Positions 9,582 to 19,345 of a stretch of 64,000 nucleotides of DNA are shown here, piece after piece. Position 1 is the stretch's first letter, and each line of letters opens with the position of its first letter. This stretch comes from Alphaproteobacteria bacterium. GTDB taxonomy: Bacteria; Pseudomonadota; Alphaproteobacteria; SP197. The notes under the pieces are model-generated. The model did not search any database. It had not been told where the DNA came from and was given only the letters and a program-made list of their open reading frames with translations. The stretch is taken from assembly GCA_964291415.2 (NCBI GenBank), contig OZ219917.1, positions 704,001-768,000 of the forward strand. The letters run 5' to 3'. A program made the position numbers and the translations under genes.

Positions 9582-10358
9582 TCACTTGCCGGACGCAGGG
9601 CTTCGCGTCTGGTAGCTGTCCACGGCGGGTTGTGGTGCCTGCTCCAGCGTGACGCCGAGCTCCCTTGCGGCTCCTTCGAGAAGCAGTCGATGCATCCGGT
9701 CGATCGACATGCCCTTGTGGTGGATGAGGACGCGAATACCGAGACCGTCAGCCAGGGACACGAAGCGTGCCGCCACGTCGTCGGGCGAAGAACTGGTTGT
9801 GAATTCTCCGCTCTCGATGCCGCTTTCGATGACCGACCGGACCCGCCCTGACCAGCGCTGCCAGAGTTCCGAACCCAGGGTGGCGAATTCCGGATCCCTG
9901 TTGCACAGGGAGAAAAACTCGAGCCACAGGGAGTTGATGGCTTCGAAGGGTTCCCTTGTCAGCATGCGGCACAGGCTCTCGACATGTTGCCAGGGCGTGC
10001 TGTCGTCTTGCAGACGCGACCCGTAGGAGGCAAGGGATTCCTCGAGTTTCCACTGAAAGGTCTCACGGACAAGATTGTTACGGCTTCGAAAGTAGTGCTG
10101 GATCATTCCGACGGACACGTGGGCTTCGTCCGCGATGTCGACGAGTCGCGTGCGGTGAACGCCTCGTCTGCTGATGACTTGGCTCGCCGCTTTCAGTATT
10201 GCCCAGCGGCGCTGATTAGCGAGAGTGCCGGAGGGTTCGGGGCCGTTGTTTGCCGCGCCCTCCCGTAGTGCTGAGGTTTGCAACGCGTCTCTCTCCTGAT
10301 CGGCACCCCTCTCCCTCTCGTCGAAGGAAGGGGCACTGGCCCGTTCTATTGACGACAT
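9582..10358 (-). CDS. TetR-family transcriptional regulator with a BetI-like C-terminus (start uncertain)
   Basis: HTH segment ILKAASQVISRRGVHRTRLVDIADEAHVSVGMIQHYFRSR, then LWLEF and DGLG. Confidence 0.9.
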   Translation of the reverse strand: MSSIERASAPSFDERERGADQERDALQTSALREGAANNGPEPSGTLANQRRWAILKAASQVISRRGVHRTRLVDIADEAHVSVGMIQHYFRSRNNLVRETFQWKLEESLASYGSRLQDDSTPWQHVESLCRMLTREPFEAINSLWLEFFSLCNRDPEFATLGSELWQRWSGRVRSVIESGIESGEFTTSSSPDDVAARFVSLADGLGIRVLIHHKGMSIDRMHRLLLEGAARELGVTLEQAPQPAVDSYQTRSPASGK

Positions 10359-10388
10359 ATCGACAGGGTTACAATATCACCATATTAT
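10349..10388 (+). promoter_or_regulatory. candidate sigma70 promoter with an overlapping palindrome (possible TetR operator)
   Basis: AT-rich divergent region with TCGACA-17nt-TATTAT (alternatively TTGACG-15nt-TACAAT) and the inverted repeat AATAT-cacc-ATATT at 10373-10386. Confidence 0.35.
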
Positions 10389-10455
10389 TTTGAGTTCATG
10401 TGCCGGGTCGCCACTTGGCAATGTTCCCTGGCACAACACAACAGGGAGGATCGTC

Positions 10456-11613
10456 ATGTCAGATGACAGAAGTATCATCAAGACAGTCTCATCGTTCGGT
10501 TCACCCATCTCCCGGCGTCGTCTCCTTCGTGCATCGGCCCAGGCAGCCGTGGGATTGAGTGTTGTCCCGTCGCTCGCCTCGACCAGCCTTGCGGACGGAG
10601 CCGTTGGTGGTGACATCGACTATTTCTGGTACGAAGGTTACGACATGCTGGGTCTTGCACCCATGGAGGCCTGGATGGAAGAGGCCGGAGTCACGATGCG
10701 CTCTTCCTACATTTCGGCCAACGCCGACGTCATCGCCAAGCTCCGGCGTCCGGGAGGTGTGACCTGGGATCTGGTCGGAACATTCAATGGCCTTGCCCGC
10801 AGACTTGAAGATCTGGTGATTCCCATCAGTCCGGACGAGGTGCCACTCTCGCACAAGATTCATCCGACCTTTGCCGATGAACGGTTCTTCAAGGACGAGA
10901 ACGGCGACTGGATTCTTGTCCCGTTCACATGGGGCCGTTCGGTGACGAACTATCTGCCGGATCGCATCGATCCGCCGCAATCATGGTTCGATCTCCTGAA
11001 GGACGAGTACAGGGGCCATGTCGGTTGGGGTGGCGGCCCCGATGGGGGCATGGTGATCGCGGGCCGTACGCTTGGAATCGAAAGTACGCCGCTCTACAAC
11101 CGGCAGGAGTTCGACGAAGTCATGAACTTCATGCGGAAGATGCGCGATCAGGTGCCAGCGGTTGGCATGTCGTTCGGTGATGTGGCCGAACTGATGGCAT
11201 CCGGTGACATCTGGTGCACCTACAACGGTTGGGAGCCCGTATCGGCATGGGCCAACGATCGTGGAGCCAATGCGGCGAATGTCGAACCGAAAGAAGGCGG
11301 AATCGGCTGGGTCGAGGCCTTTGCGATTCCCGAGATCTCCGACAACAAGGCAACCGCTCTGGCGTTCATCAACAAGGTGCTCGAGCCTGAAGTCCAGGCG
11401 GCTATCGGCTCAAACATCCAGGTGGCGGTCGTCAACATGGATGCCGTGCCGTTGATGGATGCGAAGTCCGCCAGTCTCTACGACTACGGTGACCTCGACA
11501 ACGCGCTTGCACGCAGCCCCCTGACCCCGTGGCCGCCGGACGAAACAACCGACGAGGTTGTGGGTTATCTGGAATGGTTGAACGAATGGGCGAAACTGAA
11601 GGCAGGCGGATAA
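10456..11613 (+). CDS. PotD/PotF-family ABC substrate-binding protein, probably Tat-exported
   Basis: ISRRRLL Tat motif, WYEGYD, VPFTWG and PKEGGIGWVE. GGGAGG RBS. Confidence 0.85.
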   Translation: MSDDRSIIKTVSSFGSPISRRRLLRASAQAAVGLSVVPSLASTSLADGAVGGDIDYFWYEGYDMLGLAPMEAWMEEAGVTMRSSYISANADVIAKLRRPGGVTWDLVGTFNGLARRLEDLVIPISPDEVPLSHKIHPTFADERFFKDENGDWILVPFTWGRSVTNYLPDRIDPPQSWFDLLKDEYRGHVGWGGGPDGGMVIAGRTLGIESTPLYNRQEFDEVMNFMRKMRDQVPAVGMSFGDVAELMASGDIWCTYNGWEPVSAWANDRGANAANVEPKEGGIGWVEAFAIPEISDNKATALAFINKVLEPEVQAAIGSNIQVAVVNMDAVPLMDAKSASLYDYGDLDNALARSPLTPWPPDETTDEVVGYLEWLNEWAKLKAGG

Positions 11614-12497
11614 CTGGTTCCCCCGCTTTGTCCGGAGGACAGTACGGCGCGGGGAGGACCTGGGTTCTCCTCGCGCCCGGTTTCCTCGCCCTTGCGCTGA
11701 CGTTTGTTGCACCGCTCCTGTTGTTCGGGGCCTATGCCTTTGCACGCGGCGGGCTGTTTACGGTCACATGGGACTTCACTCTCGACAACTTCGTGACTGT
11801 CCTGACCGATCCCTTCGTCGGACTGCTGATTGTTCGGTCGCTCGTCACGGGATTCATCGTGGCAGGCATCTGTCTGGTGATTGCCCTTCCGCTGGCGTTC
11901 TACCTCAGGTTCCGGGCAGGCCGACTCGAGACACCGCTGTTCGTGCTGCTGGTCGTGGCCCTGTTCGTGAGCTACCTCGCCAGGATCTACGCGTGGCGGG
12001 CGCTGTTCACCTCGAGCGGCGTGTTTACGGTCTTCATCGAATCACTGGGGGTCACCGATCCTCCGCAGCTGCTCTTCACGCGCACGCTGGTGGTCATCGC
12101 CCTCGTGCACATCTATCTGCCCTTCGTCACGCTGGCGATCTACGCGACAATGCGCAATCTCCCTCGTACGGTGCTTGAAGTCGCCGAGGACCTGGGGGCA
12201 ACCGGACTCATGAGTTGGCGCCGTGTCATTCTTCCCCTGATGGCTTCGACATCGCTCGCTCCCTTCATGTTCACCCTCGGTCTCGCCGCGAGTGACTTTG
12301 CGACGCCGCAGCTTCTTGGTGGAACGAAGGGCACACTGGTCGGCGTTCTCGTGCAGCAGCAGTTTGCGGAAGCGGGCAACTTTCCGATGGGAGCCGCGAT
12401 GTCCCTTGTGCTCCTCGCCGTTTTCGTGCTGCTGTACTTTGCCTTGACGTCGCTCCTGTTCGCCACCCGGCTTCATCGTGTTTCGGTACGTCTCTAG
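11586..12497 (+). CDS. polyamine-type ABC permease (PotB-like; start uncertain)
   Basis: Hydrophobic helices, SYLARIYAW, and EAA-loop motif LEVAEDLGA. Confidence 0.88.
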   Translation: MGETEGRRITGSPALSGGQYGAGRTWVLLAPGFLALALTFVAPLLLFGAYAFARGGLFTVTWDFTLDNFVTVLTDPFVGLLIVRSLVTGFIVAGICLVIALPLAFYLRFRAGRLETPLFVLLVVALFVSYLARIYAWRALFTSSGVFTVFIESLGVTDPPQLLFTRTLVVIALVHIYLPFVTLAIYATMRNLPRTVLEVAEDLGATGLMSWRRVILPLMASTSLAPFMFTLGLAASDFATPQLLGGTKGTLVGVLVQQQFAEAGNFPMGAAMSLVLLAVFVLLYFALTSLLFATRLHRVSVRL

Positions 12498-12520
12498 GCG
12501 GTAGCGGGAGGAGGCGGGCC

Positions 12521-13357
12521 ATGGGAAGAAAGCCGGCGCTGGCAAACCGCGTTCTTGCGGGGCTGTTTGTCACGGCCGTCTTCGTGTTTCTGTTTGCACC
12601 CGTCCTGATCGTCGTTGTGTTCTCGTTCCAGGGGCCACCGAGGCTCGGACCGCCGCTCGAGGACATCGGGCTGCATTGGTACCGGAGCATGTTCAACAAC
12701 ACCGTCTACATGGACGCGTTCCAGAATACGATCGTGCTGGCAGCCGTCAGCATGGTCATTGCGCTGGTCCTCGGAACGATGACGGCGCTCGGGCTCAGGC
12801 GGGCTGGCCGCAGGCTCGGCGCGCTGGGCAACATCCTGTTCTTCATGCCGCTGGCGACACCGTCATTGTTTGTCGGTCTGGCGCTTCTCGCCTACTTCGA
12901 TACCGTGGGTGTTCCCCTGTCGCACGGGACGGTGGCGGTCGCCCATTTCCTTTGGGTCTTTCCCTACTTTCTGATCGTGGCCCGATCCGGACTGGATCGT
13001 CTCGACCCGCAGTACGAGGAAGTGGGCGCCGATCTTGGCCTGGCGCCGCTGGATCAGTTCAGGCGCATCGTGCTGCCGCTGACCTTCCCCGTCCTTATCG
13101 GCGGGGCGGTCCTGGCGTTCGCACTGTCGACGGATGAGTTTGTTCGCACGCTGTTCACCATCGGTCCGGACAGCACGATTCCCATCGTGCTGTGGGGGCA
13201 GTTCAGGAGAGGCAGCGATCCAACGGTCAACGCACTGGCCACGATTCTTCTCGTGATCAGCATCACTGCTGCCATAGGGGCCCTCGGACTCTTCGGTGCG
13301 CGATTGAACCGTTTCGCAAGGACCTCCGGACGTGGTCGCAAGAGAGGTGCTCGATGA
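12521..13357 (+). CDS. polyamine-type ABC permease (PotC-like)
   Basis: APVLIVVVFSF, EAA-loop motif YEEVGADLG, FALSTDEF and PTVNALA. Confidence 0.9.
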   Translation: MGRKPALANRVLAGLFVTAVFVFLFAPVLIVVVFSFQGPPRLGPPLEDIGLHWYRSMFNNTVYMDAFQNTIVLAAVSMVIALVLGTMTALGLRRAGRRLGALGNILFFMPLATPSLFVGLALLAYFDTVGVPLSHGTVAVAHFLWVFPYFLIVARSGLDRLDPQYEEVGADLGLAPLDQFRRIVLPLTFPVLIGGAVLAFALSTDEFVRTLFTIGPDSTIPIVLWGQFRRGSDPTVNALATILLVISITAAIGALGLFGARLNRFARTSGRGRKRGAR

Positions 13358-14427
13358 CGCAGGAACGCTCGGGGGGACGGCTCCAAGTCACGGATGTCCG
13401 CAAACGCTTCTCGGAGGTCGTGGCCCTTGACGGTGTCAGCATGGAATTCCGGGAGGGAGAGTTCGTCACCCTCCTGGGCCCCAGCGGTTGCGGCAAGACC
13501 ACACTCCTACGTATCGTCGCCGGGTTCGACTGGCCGGATGATGGCACCGTGGTGCTCGACGGTCACGACATCACCCGGCTTCCCCCCTACCATCGCCCTG
13601 TCAACACGGTCTTCCAGAAGCCGGTGCTCCTGCCTCACCTGGATGTCTTCGAGAACATCGCCTTCGGATTGCGGTCAAGGCGGATGCCCGAGGACTCGAT
13701 CCACAAGACGGTGACGGACATGCTTGAGGTCGTGCGCCTTTCCGGGTTTGAAAGGAGGCGCTCGGACGAACTCAGCGGTGGTCAGGCGCAACGCGTCAAC
13801 CTTGCCAGGGCGCTTGTCAATCAGCCCCGTGTGCTGTTGCTGGACGAACCCTTGTCGGCTCTCGATCTTCAGGTCCGCATGGAGATGCAGGCGGAACTGA
13901 AACGCATCCACAGGGAGACCGGCGTCACCTTTCTCTACGTGACTCACGACCAGCAGGAAGCGATGGCGATGTCCGATCGCATCGCTGTCATGCAGGAAGG
14001 GGCGATCCGGCAGAGCGGGACGCCGATGGACGTCTACCATGCTCCGAACTGCTACTTCGTCGCCAGTTTCGTCGGCAATGCCAACGTCCTTCCGGTGACA
14101 GTGGACAGCGATCGCGAGACCGGAAGCCGCGTACGCGTGACGGACACCGACGTCACGGTACCCGTGGACGACATCCCGGCGGACGTGCGGACCGGCTGGA
14201 TCAGCATGCGGCCCGAAACCCTCCGCCTGACACGCCCCGACGAGGCCGGGATCGCGGGCAGGGTCACCGACAGGAGCTTTCTGGGGGCGCATGTCATATG
14301 GCGTGTCGACGTCGGACCTCACGAGATCCGTGTGCAGGGAGAGGTCGGTGAGGATGAGGCGGCCCGGTCCGGCGACCTTGTCGGCATCAGGCCTGATCCC
14401 AGGTGGGTGCGGTTTCTCCAGGATTGA
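13354..14427 (+). CDS. polyamine-type ABC ATP-binding protein (PotA-like)
   Basis: Walker A GPSGCGKT, LSGGQ, LLLDEP, VTHDQQEA and a TOBE-like C-terminus. ATGA overlap with the permease. Confidence 0.93.
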   Translation: MTQERSGGRLQVTDVRKRFSEVVALDGVSMEFREGEFVTLLGPSGCGKTTLLRIVAGFDWPDDGTVVLDGHDITRLPPYHRPVNTVFQKPVLLPHLDVFENIAFGLRSRRMPEDSIHKTVTDMLEVVRLSGFERRRSDELSGGQAQRVNLARALVNQPRVLLLDEPLSALDLQVRMEMQAELKRIHRETGVTFLYVTHDQQEAMAMSDRIAVMQEGAIRQSGTPMDVYHAPNCYFVASFVGNANVLPVTVDSDRETGSRVRVTDTDVTVPVDDIPADVRTGWISMRPETLRLTRPDEAGIAGRVTDRSFLGAHVIWRVDVGPHEIRVQGEVGEDEAARSGDLVGIRPDPRWVRFLQD

Positions 14428-14603
14428 TGCCCGGTATCCGGAGGAGCCACAGCGATGAGTCGCACACGGGAGGGATCGAGGGTCAGGCTTGCCGTGAAGG
14501 CGATCCTGTCACACCGCGTGGAAGAGGGCCGGTGACGCACGATACGGCAGGGTTGCTGCCGGGAGACACAGGATCAGCAAGCCAACCGGAGAGGACGGCC
14601 GAC

Positions 14604-15572
14604 ATGCCCGATGTTCCCACCTTGCTGGACCGATACCGTCTGATGGTGACCATGCGGGCCTTCGAGGAAGCCTGCGCTGAGGGCATTCCGACCGGCGAAC
14701 TGCGCGGCGAGCTTCATCTTGCCGATGGTCAGGAGGCGGTGGCGGCAGGAATGGTGGGCGCCCTGCGCCCAGATGACTGGATGGTGAGCACGCATCGCAG
14801 CCACCAGCACGCGATCGCCAAGGGCGTCCCCCTCGAAGCGATGATGGCCGAGATCTACGAGCGGGTGACGGGCCTGAGTCGGGGCAAGGGCGGACATGTC
14901 CATCTGTTCGACATGAAACGAAGGTTCTCGGTGACGGGGATTGTCGGATCCTCGTTGCCGGTTGCGCTTGGACACGCCTATGCGTGTCGCCTGGAGAGTT
15001 CCGGCTGCGTCGCCGTTGGAATCACGGGCGACGGGGGTACCAACACCGGGCAATTCCATGAAACGATGAACATGGCGGCCATCTGGCGGCTCCCCCTGGT
15101 CATTCTGGTTGAGAACAACCACTACGCCATCTCGGTGCCGGCCGAGGACGTGATTGCCGGAAAGGGAATCGCCGAACGCGCCGAAACCTACGGCGCGTGG
15201 GGGCGCCGTGTCGACGGTACGGACGTCGACGAGGTGGCCGTCGCGTTCGCGGAGGCTGTCGAGCATGCGCGGAGCGGCAGCGGACCGGCGCTGCTGGAGG
15301 CTGTGTGCTATCGTTTCCGCGGGCACTACGAAGGCGATATCGACCACTACCGGAAGACTGTGGCGAAACGCCGCATGCGCCATGAGGGTGACCCCCTGAC
15401 GATCGTCCGCCACCGCCTTCTTGAGCGCGGCGAGGTGGACGATGCCGAGCTTGCGGGTGTGGAAAGCGAAGCCCGGGACCGGATTCGCGACATCCTGCAG
15501 AGAGTCAGGGAGGCCCCCGGTCCGGATGCAGCGGATGCGTTCAGGGATGTCTTTGCGGAGACGGCGACATGA
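14604..15572 (+). CDS. TPP-dependent dehydrogenase E1 alpha subunit (acetoin/2-oxoacid dehydrogenase-like)
   Basis: GQEAVAAG, STHRSH, GKGGHVH, GDGG...ENN TPP motif and YRFRGH. Confidence 0.9.
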   Translation: MPDVPTLLDRYRLMVTMRAFEEACAEGIPTGELRGELHLADGQEAVAAGMVGALRPDDWMVSTHRSHQHAIAKGVPLEAMMAEIYERVTGLSRGKGGHVHLFDMKRRFSVTGIVGSSLPVALGHAYACRLESSGCVAVGITGDGGTNTGQFHETMNMAAIWRLPLVILVENNHYAISVPAEDVIAGKGIAERAETYGAWGRRVDGTDVDEVAVAFAEAVEHARSGSGPALLEAVCYRFRGHYEGDIDHYRKTVAKRRMRHEGDPLTIVRHRLLERGEVDDAELAGVESEARDRIRDILQRVREAPGPDAADAFRDVFAETAT

Positions 15573-16597
15573 GTGGGAACGGGAAACACCCACGGGCCGG
15601 GCGACAGCTGAACGTTTCCCAGCTGATTGCCGAGACGATCGGAATCGAGATGGAAAGGGATCCCGGACTCGTGTTCCTGGGAGAGGATATCGGTTACTCG
15701 GGAGGAACGTTCGGTGCCAGCCGCGACCTGTTCGAGCGCTTCGGGGAATGGCGCGTTCGTGACACGCCGATCTCCGAGATGGGGTTCGCAGGCATGGCGG
15801 TTGGCCTGGCCATGAGTGGATGGCGGCCGCTCGTCGAAATCATGTTCGTGGATTTCGTCGGTGTGTGCCTCGAGCAGATCTACAATGCCATGGCCAAGAA
15901 TCGCTACATGTCGGGAGGTCACGTCGCCATGCCGGTGACGATCCGGGCAGCGGGCGGCTGTATCGGTGTTGCGGCGCAGCACTCCCAGACCCTGTGGGGA
16001 ATGCTGGCCCATCTGCCGGGACTCAAGGTGGTGACGCCAAGCAATCCCTATGACTACCGGGGACTGCTTGCAGCATCGATCGAGTCGGAGGATCCGGTGA
16101 TCGTCATCGAGCACAAGGACGCCTACCTCCGCAAGACCACGGAGTTTCCGCTTGGCACCGAAATCCCGCGTGGACGCTACACCGTCGCGCTTGGCAAGGC
16201 GCATGTCGTTCGCCGGGGCGGAGACCTGACACTTGCCACGCTGAGCACCATGGTCGAGAAGAGTCTTGCTGCTGCTGACATCCTGCATGCCGAGGGAATC
16301 GGCGTCGAGGTTATCGACCTGCGTTCCGTCGTGCCGCTCGACGACGCCACAGTCACCGACTCCGTTGCCAGGACCGGCCGGCTGCTTGTCGTGGACGAGG
16401 ATTACCTGAGTTTCGGTTTGTCCGGCGAGCTTGTGGCACGTGTCGTCGAGAACCTCGGACCGTCCGCGGTCAAGAGAGTGTCCCGCCTCGCGAACCCCGA
16501 CCTGCCGATCCCGGCGGCCCTTTCCCTCGAGCGGGAGGTCATCCCGAACGAGAACAGGATCCTCTCGGCGGCCAGGGCGATTGTCGGGAGCGGATGA
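15569..16597 (+). CDS. TPP-dependent dehydrogenase E1 beta subunit
   Basis: GEDIG, DTPISEMG, EIMFVDF, AAQHSQ and EVIDLRS. Confidence 0.92.
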   Translation: MSGNGKHPRAGRQLNVSQLIAETIGIEMERDPGLVFLGEDIGYSGGTFGASRDLFERFGEWRVRDTPISEMGFAGMAVGLAMSGWRPLVEIMFVDFVGVCLEQIYNAMAKNRYMSGGHVAMPVTIRAAGGCIGVAAQHSQTLWGMLAHLPGLKVVTPSNPYDYRGLLAASIESEDPVIVIEHKDAYLRKTTEFPLGTEIPRGRYTVALGKAHVVRRGGDLTLATLSTMVEKSLAAADILHAEGIGVEVIDLRSVVPLDDATVTDSVARTGRLLVVDEDYLSFGLSGELVARVVENLGPSAVKRVSRLANPDLPIPAALSLEREVIPNENRILSAARAIVGSG

Positions 16598-16689
16598 CAC
16601 ATGGCACGCTCGGCAACCATCATGCAGACCGTTCCCGGAAGGCTGTGCACGTCGGGCGTTCCCATCGGTGTAACCCCACGTGGCCGATC

Positions 16690-17445
16690 ATGACGCTTGC
16701 CGGAAAGACAGTCATCGTCACAGGCGCGAGGAGCGGTATCGGTTTCGCCGCGGCGCAGCGGTTCGCTGCGGACGGTGCGACGGTCATCATGGCGGATGTC
16801 AGGGATGCCAGCGAAGAAGCCGCACAACTCGCTGAAGCTGGAGGCGACGTGCGGTTCGTGCGTACGGATGTCAGCCGGGAGGCGGAAGTCCAGGCTCTGA
16901 TCGATGGAGTCGTGTCTCGTGACGGCGGGGTGGATGTCCTTGTCAACAACGCCGGCATCGTTCTGGCGCGGACCGTCCCGGACACGACCCTGGACGAATG
17001 GGACCGGCTCCTGGATGTCAACCTCAAGGGTGTCTTCCTGTGTTCCAGGGCGGCGATCCCGGTGATGCGACGACGGCACTGCGGAGTGATCGTCAACGTG
17101 GCGTCGGAGCAGGGACTGGTCGGCGCCGCCACGAACGCGGTCTATACGGCAACGAAAGGCGGCATCATCCAGCTCACGAAGTCGATGGCCATCGATCACG
17201 GACAGGAGGGGATCCGGATCAACTGTGTGGCGCCCGGGCCGGTGAAGACACCCATGTTCGACACGTTCGTGGCAAGTGTCGAGGACCCGGAGGCGGAGGT
17301 CCGGGGGTTTCTTGACGGCACGATCCTGAAACGCCTCGGCCGTCCGGAGGAGATCGCGAGCGTCATCGCGTTTCTGGCATCGGACGAGTCGTCCTACATG
17401 ACGGGATCTGTCGTCGTCGTGGATGGCGGGCTGACCGCAATGTGA
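16690..17445 (+). CDS. short-chain dehydrogenase/reductase
   Basis: TGARSGIG, NNAG, YTATK (YxxxK) and VDGG. Confidence 0.93.
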   Translation: MTLAGKTVIVTGARSGIGFAAAQRFAADGATVIMADVRDASEEAAQLAEAGGDVRFVRTDVSREAEVQALIDGVVSRDGGVDVLVNNAGIVLARTVPDTTLDEWDRLLDVNLKGVFLCSRAAIPVMRRRHCGVIVNVASEQGLVGAATNAVYTATKGGIIQLTKSMAIDHGQEGIRINCVAPGPVKTPMFDTFVASVEDPEAEVRGFLDGTILKRLGRPEEIASVIAFLASDESSYMTGSVVVVDGGLTAM

Positions 17446-17473
17446 CCCCTGAACGAGCACGGGACAGGAAACG

Positions 17474-17986
17474 ATGATCGGCGAGAAGACGAAGGCCGTC
17501 GAACTCTTCTGGCAACAATGCCGGAAGATCTTCGATATCGAGACATCCAGGTATCATGCATGCACGCTGGCTGATCCGCGATATCTGGATCCGTCTGTGC
17601 CGAACCTTGACCTGTCGGATCACCCGCGCCTCATCAGAAACCGCCAGAAGAACGGCACGGCCCACCTCGAAATCGACTTCGAGCGCAGCCGGGTTCCGCG
17701 CCGCTCGGTCGGTGATTACTGGCTCATCGTGGATTTTGACAGCGCCCCCCTCTACCTGGTCCGGATCACCGATGTTCTTGTCTTCCGGTTCAGCGATGTC
17801 CCGCAATCCTGGGCCGAGGTGGAGGGAGAGGGCGACTGCAGCCTGACGTGGTGGCGCGATGCCCATCGGGATTACTTCAGCCGCCAGTGCGCCTTCTGGA
17901 GTATCCCGTGGCGGGAAGACTTGCGGGTCGTCTGCGAGCAGTGGGGCCTGGTGGCTTTTGTCGACGGGGATCGTGTCCGGACCTGA
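17474..17986 (+). CDS. ASCH domain protein
   Basis: VGDYWLIVD...F.DV...AEVEGEGDCSLTWWRDAHRDYF, the ASCH (YhfF-like) pattern. Confidence 0.8.
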   Translation: MIGEKTKAVELFWQQCRKIFDIETSRYHACTLADPRYLDPSVPNLDLSDHPRLIRNRQKNGTAHLEIDFERSRVPRRSVGDYWLIVDFDSAPLYLVRITDVLVFRFSDVPQSWAEVEGEGDCSLTWWRDAHRDYFSRQCAFWSIPWREDLRVVCEQWGLVAFVDGDRVRT

Positions 17987-18054
17987 ATGCAGGGTCACCG
18001 ATGCTCCACTCGGGCGTCATCCGCCGCCTTGCGCTGCTCCGTCCTCCGCGTCTG

Positions 18055-18501
18055 TCAGGCGCCGGGGACATGGATGGCGACGAGGGTGCCGACGGCGATG
18101 GCCGGCGCGAAGGGCATGCCGCGGTGCCGGCGACCGGTGAGGACGAGCACCAGGGCGATGAGAGCGCCGGAGAGTGCCGTGGCGCACAGGAAGGGGACGA
18201 GGCCGCCGAAGCCCGTCCAGCAGGAGACAGCCGCCATCAGTTTCGCGTCCCCGGCGCCGAGCCATCCGCCCCATGCGAGAGCAAGGCCGATGACGAGAAC
18301 GCCGCCGCCACACGCCAGGTACCAGGCGATATCCCGGTCACCGCCAAGGAGGGCGACGAGGGGCGAGGTGGCGGCGATCGCCAGCACGACGGGATCGGGG
18401 ATCCTTTGCCGGCGCAGGTCCTCGACAGCCGCGATCGCGACGAGGACCACCGGCACGAGGGAGACGTCAATCAGCCCTGGTCCTCCCCGTCTTCCGCCCA
18501 C
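18055..18501 (-). CDS. A24-family prepilin peptidase (CpaA/TadV-like, short)
   Basis: EDLRRQRIPD, GAGDAKL (aspartic peptidase motif) and C-terminal MPFAPAIAVG. Confidence 0.85.
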   Translation of the reverse strand: MGGRRGGPGLIDVSLVPVVLVAIAAVEDLRRQRIPDPVVLAIAATSPLVALLGGDRDIAWYLACGGGVLVIGLALAWGGWLGAGDAKLMAAVSCWTGFGGLVPFLCATALSGALIALVLVLTGRRHRGMPFAPAIAVGTLVAIHVPGA

Positions 18502-18658
18502 GACGGATGATCATGCCATCATCGCCACGCCGGGCAACGGCATGAGCGTCGTGTTCTGCGATGCCACGGACGCTGCATGAACCACGCGACGGCATGTCGT
18601 TCAGAGATGAACGCGTGATCGGCCAGAATCAGGGCGCACATTGCGCATGGGCTCGCTG

Positions 18659-19345
18659 TCAGGCGAGAGGCTCGACACAGCGAGGGTCATCGTTGGTGGC
18701 CTTGTTCACCAGTGAACTCACCGGATGAAGGGTCATCGTGTCCGGCGGCGAGGGACCGAGAGACATGTCATCTCCGGCAAGCCACGGCGCGCATGCCTCG
18801 ATCGGCAGGATCACCGGCATGCGGTGGTGCACCCGCGAGATGTCCGTGTTGGCTGCCGTCGTCAGGATCGTGCAGGTCTCCAGCGCGTCGCCCTCCCGCA
18901 AGTCGGCCAGCGATCCTGTCAGATTCAGACCAGCCGGCACTCTCCAGCTCTCCCACAGGCCGGCGAAGCAGAAGATGCCGCCCTCCTTCATCGTGATCAG
19001 CCAGGGCTGTCTCGCCTTCTTCTCCCCCGTCCACTCGTAGAACCCGTCGGCCGGGATCAGGCAGCGGCGCGACCGCCAGGCCGAGCGGAAGGACGGTTTC
19101 GTCCGCGCCGTCTCCGAGCGGGCATTGATCAACCGGTAGCCGATGTTGGGCTCCTTCGCCCACGAGGGAATCAGGCCCCAGCGCATCATGGCGAGACGCC
19201 GCCCGCCATCTTCAGCGCGCACGGCCGCGACCTGCTGTCCCGGCGCCACGTTGTAGCGCGGCGCCAGGTTCGCCGGTGATCCGATGAGGTCGAGCAATTC
19301 GTGGAGCTCGCGCCAGCCGAAGCGCTGTGTGAAGCGGCCGCACAT
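18659..19345 (-). CDS. SOS response-associated peptidase (SRAP/YedK/HMCES family)
   Basis: N-terminal MCGRF, RYNVAPGQ, MRWGLIP, INARSET, GFYEW and HHRMPVIL. Confidence 0.95.
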   Translation of the reverse strand: MCGRFTQRFGWRELHELLDLIGSPANLAPRYNVAPGQQVAAVRAEDGGRRLAMMRWGLIPSWAKEPNIGYRLINARSETARTKPSFRSAWRSRRCLIPADGFYEWTGEKKARQPWLITMKEGGIFCFAGLWESWRVPAGLNLTGSLADLREGDALETCTILTTAANTDISRVHHRMPVILPIEACAPWLAGDDMSLGPSPPDTMTLHPVSSLVNKATNDDPRCVEPLA

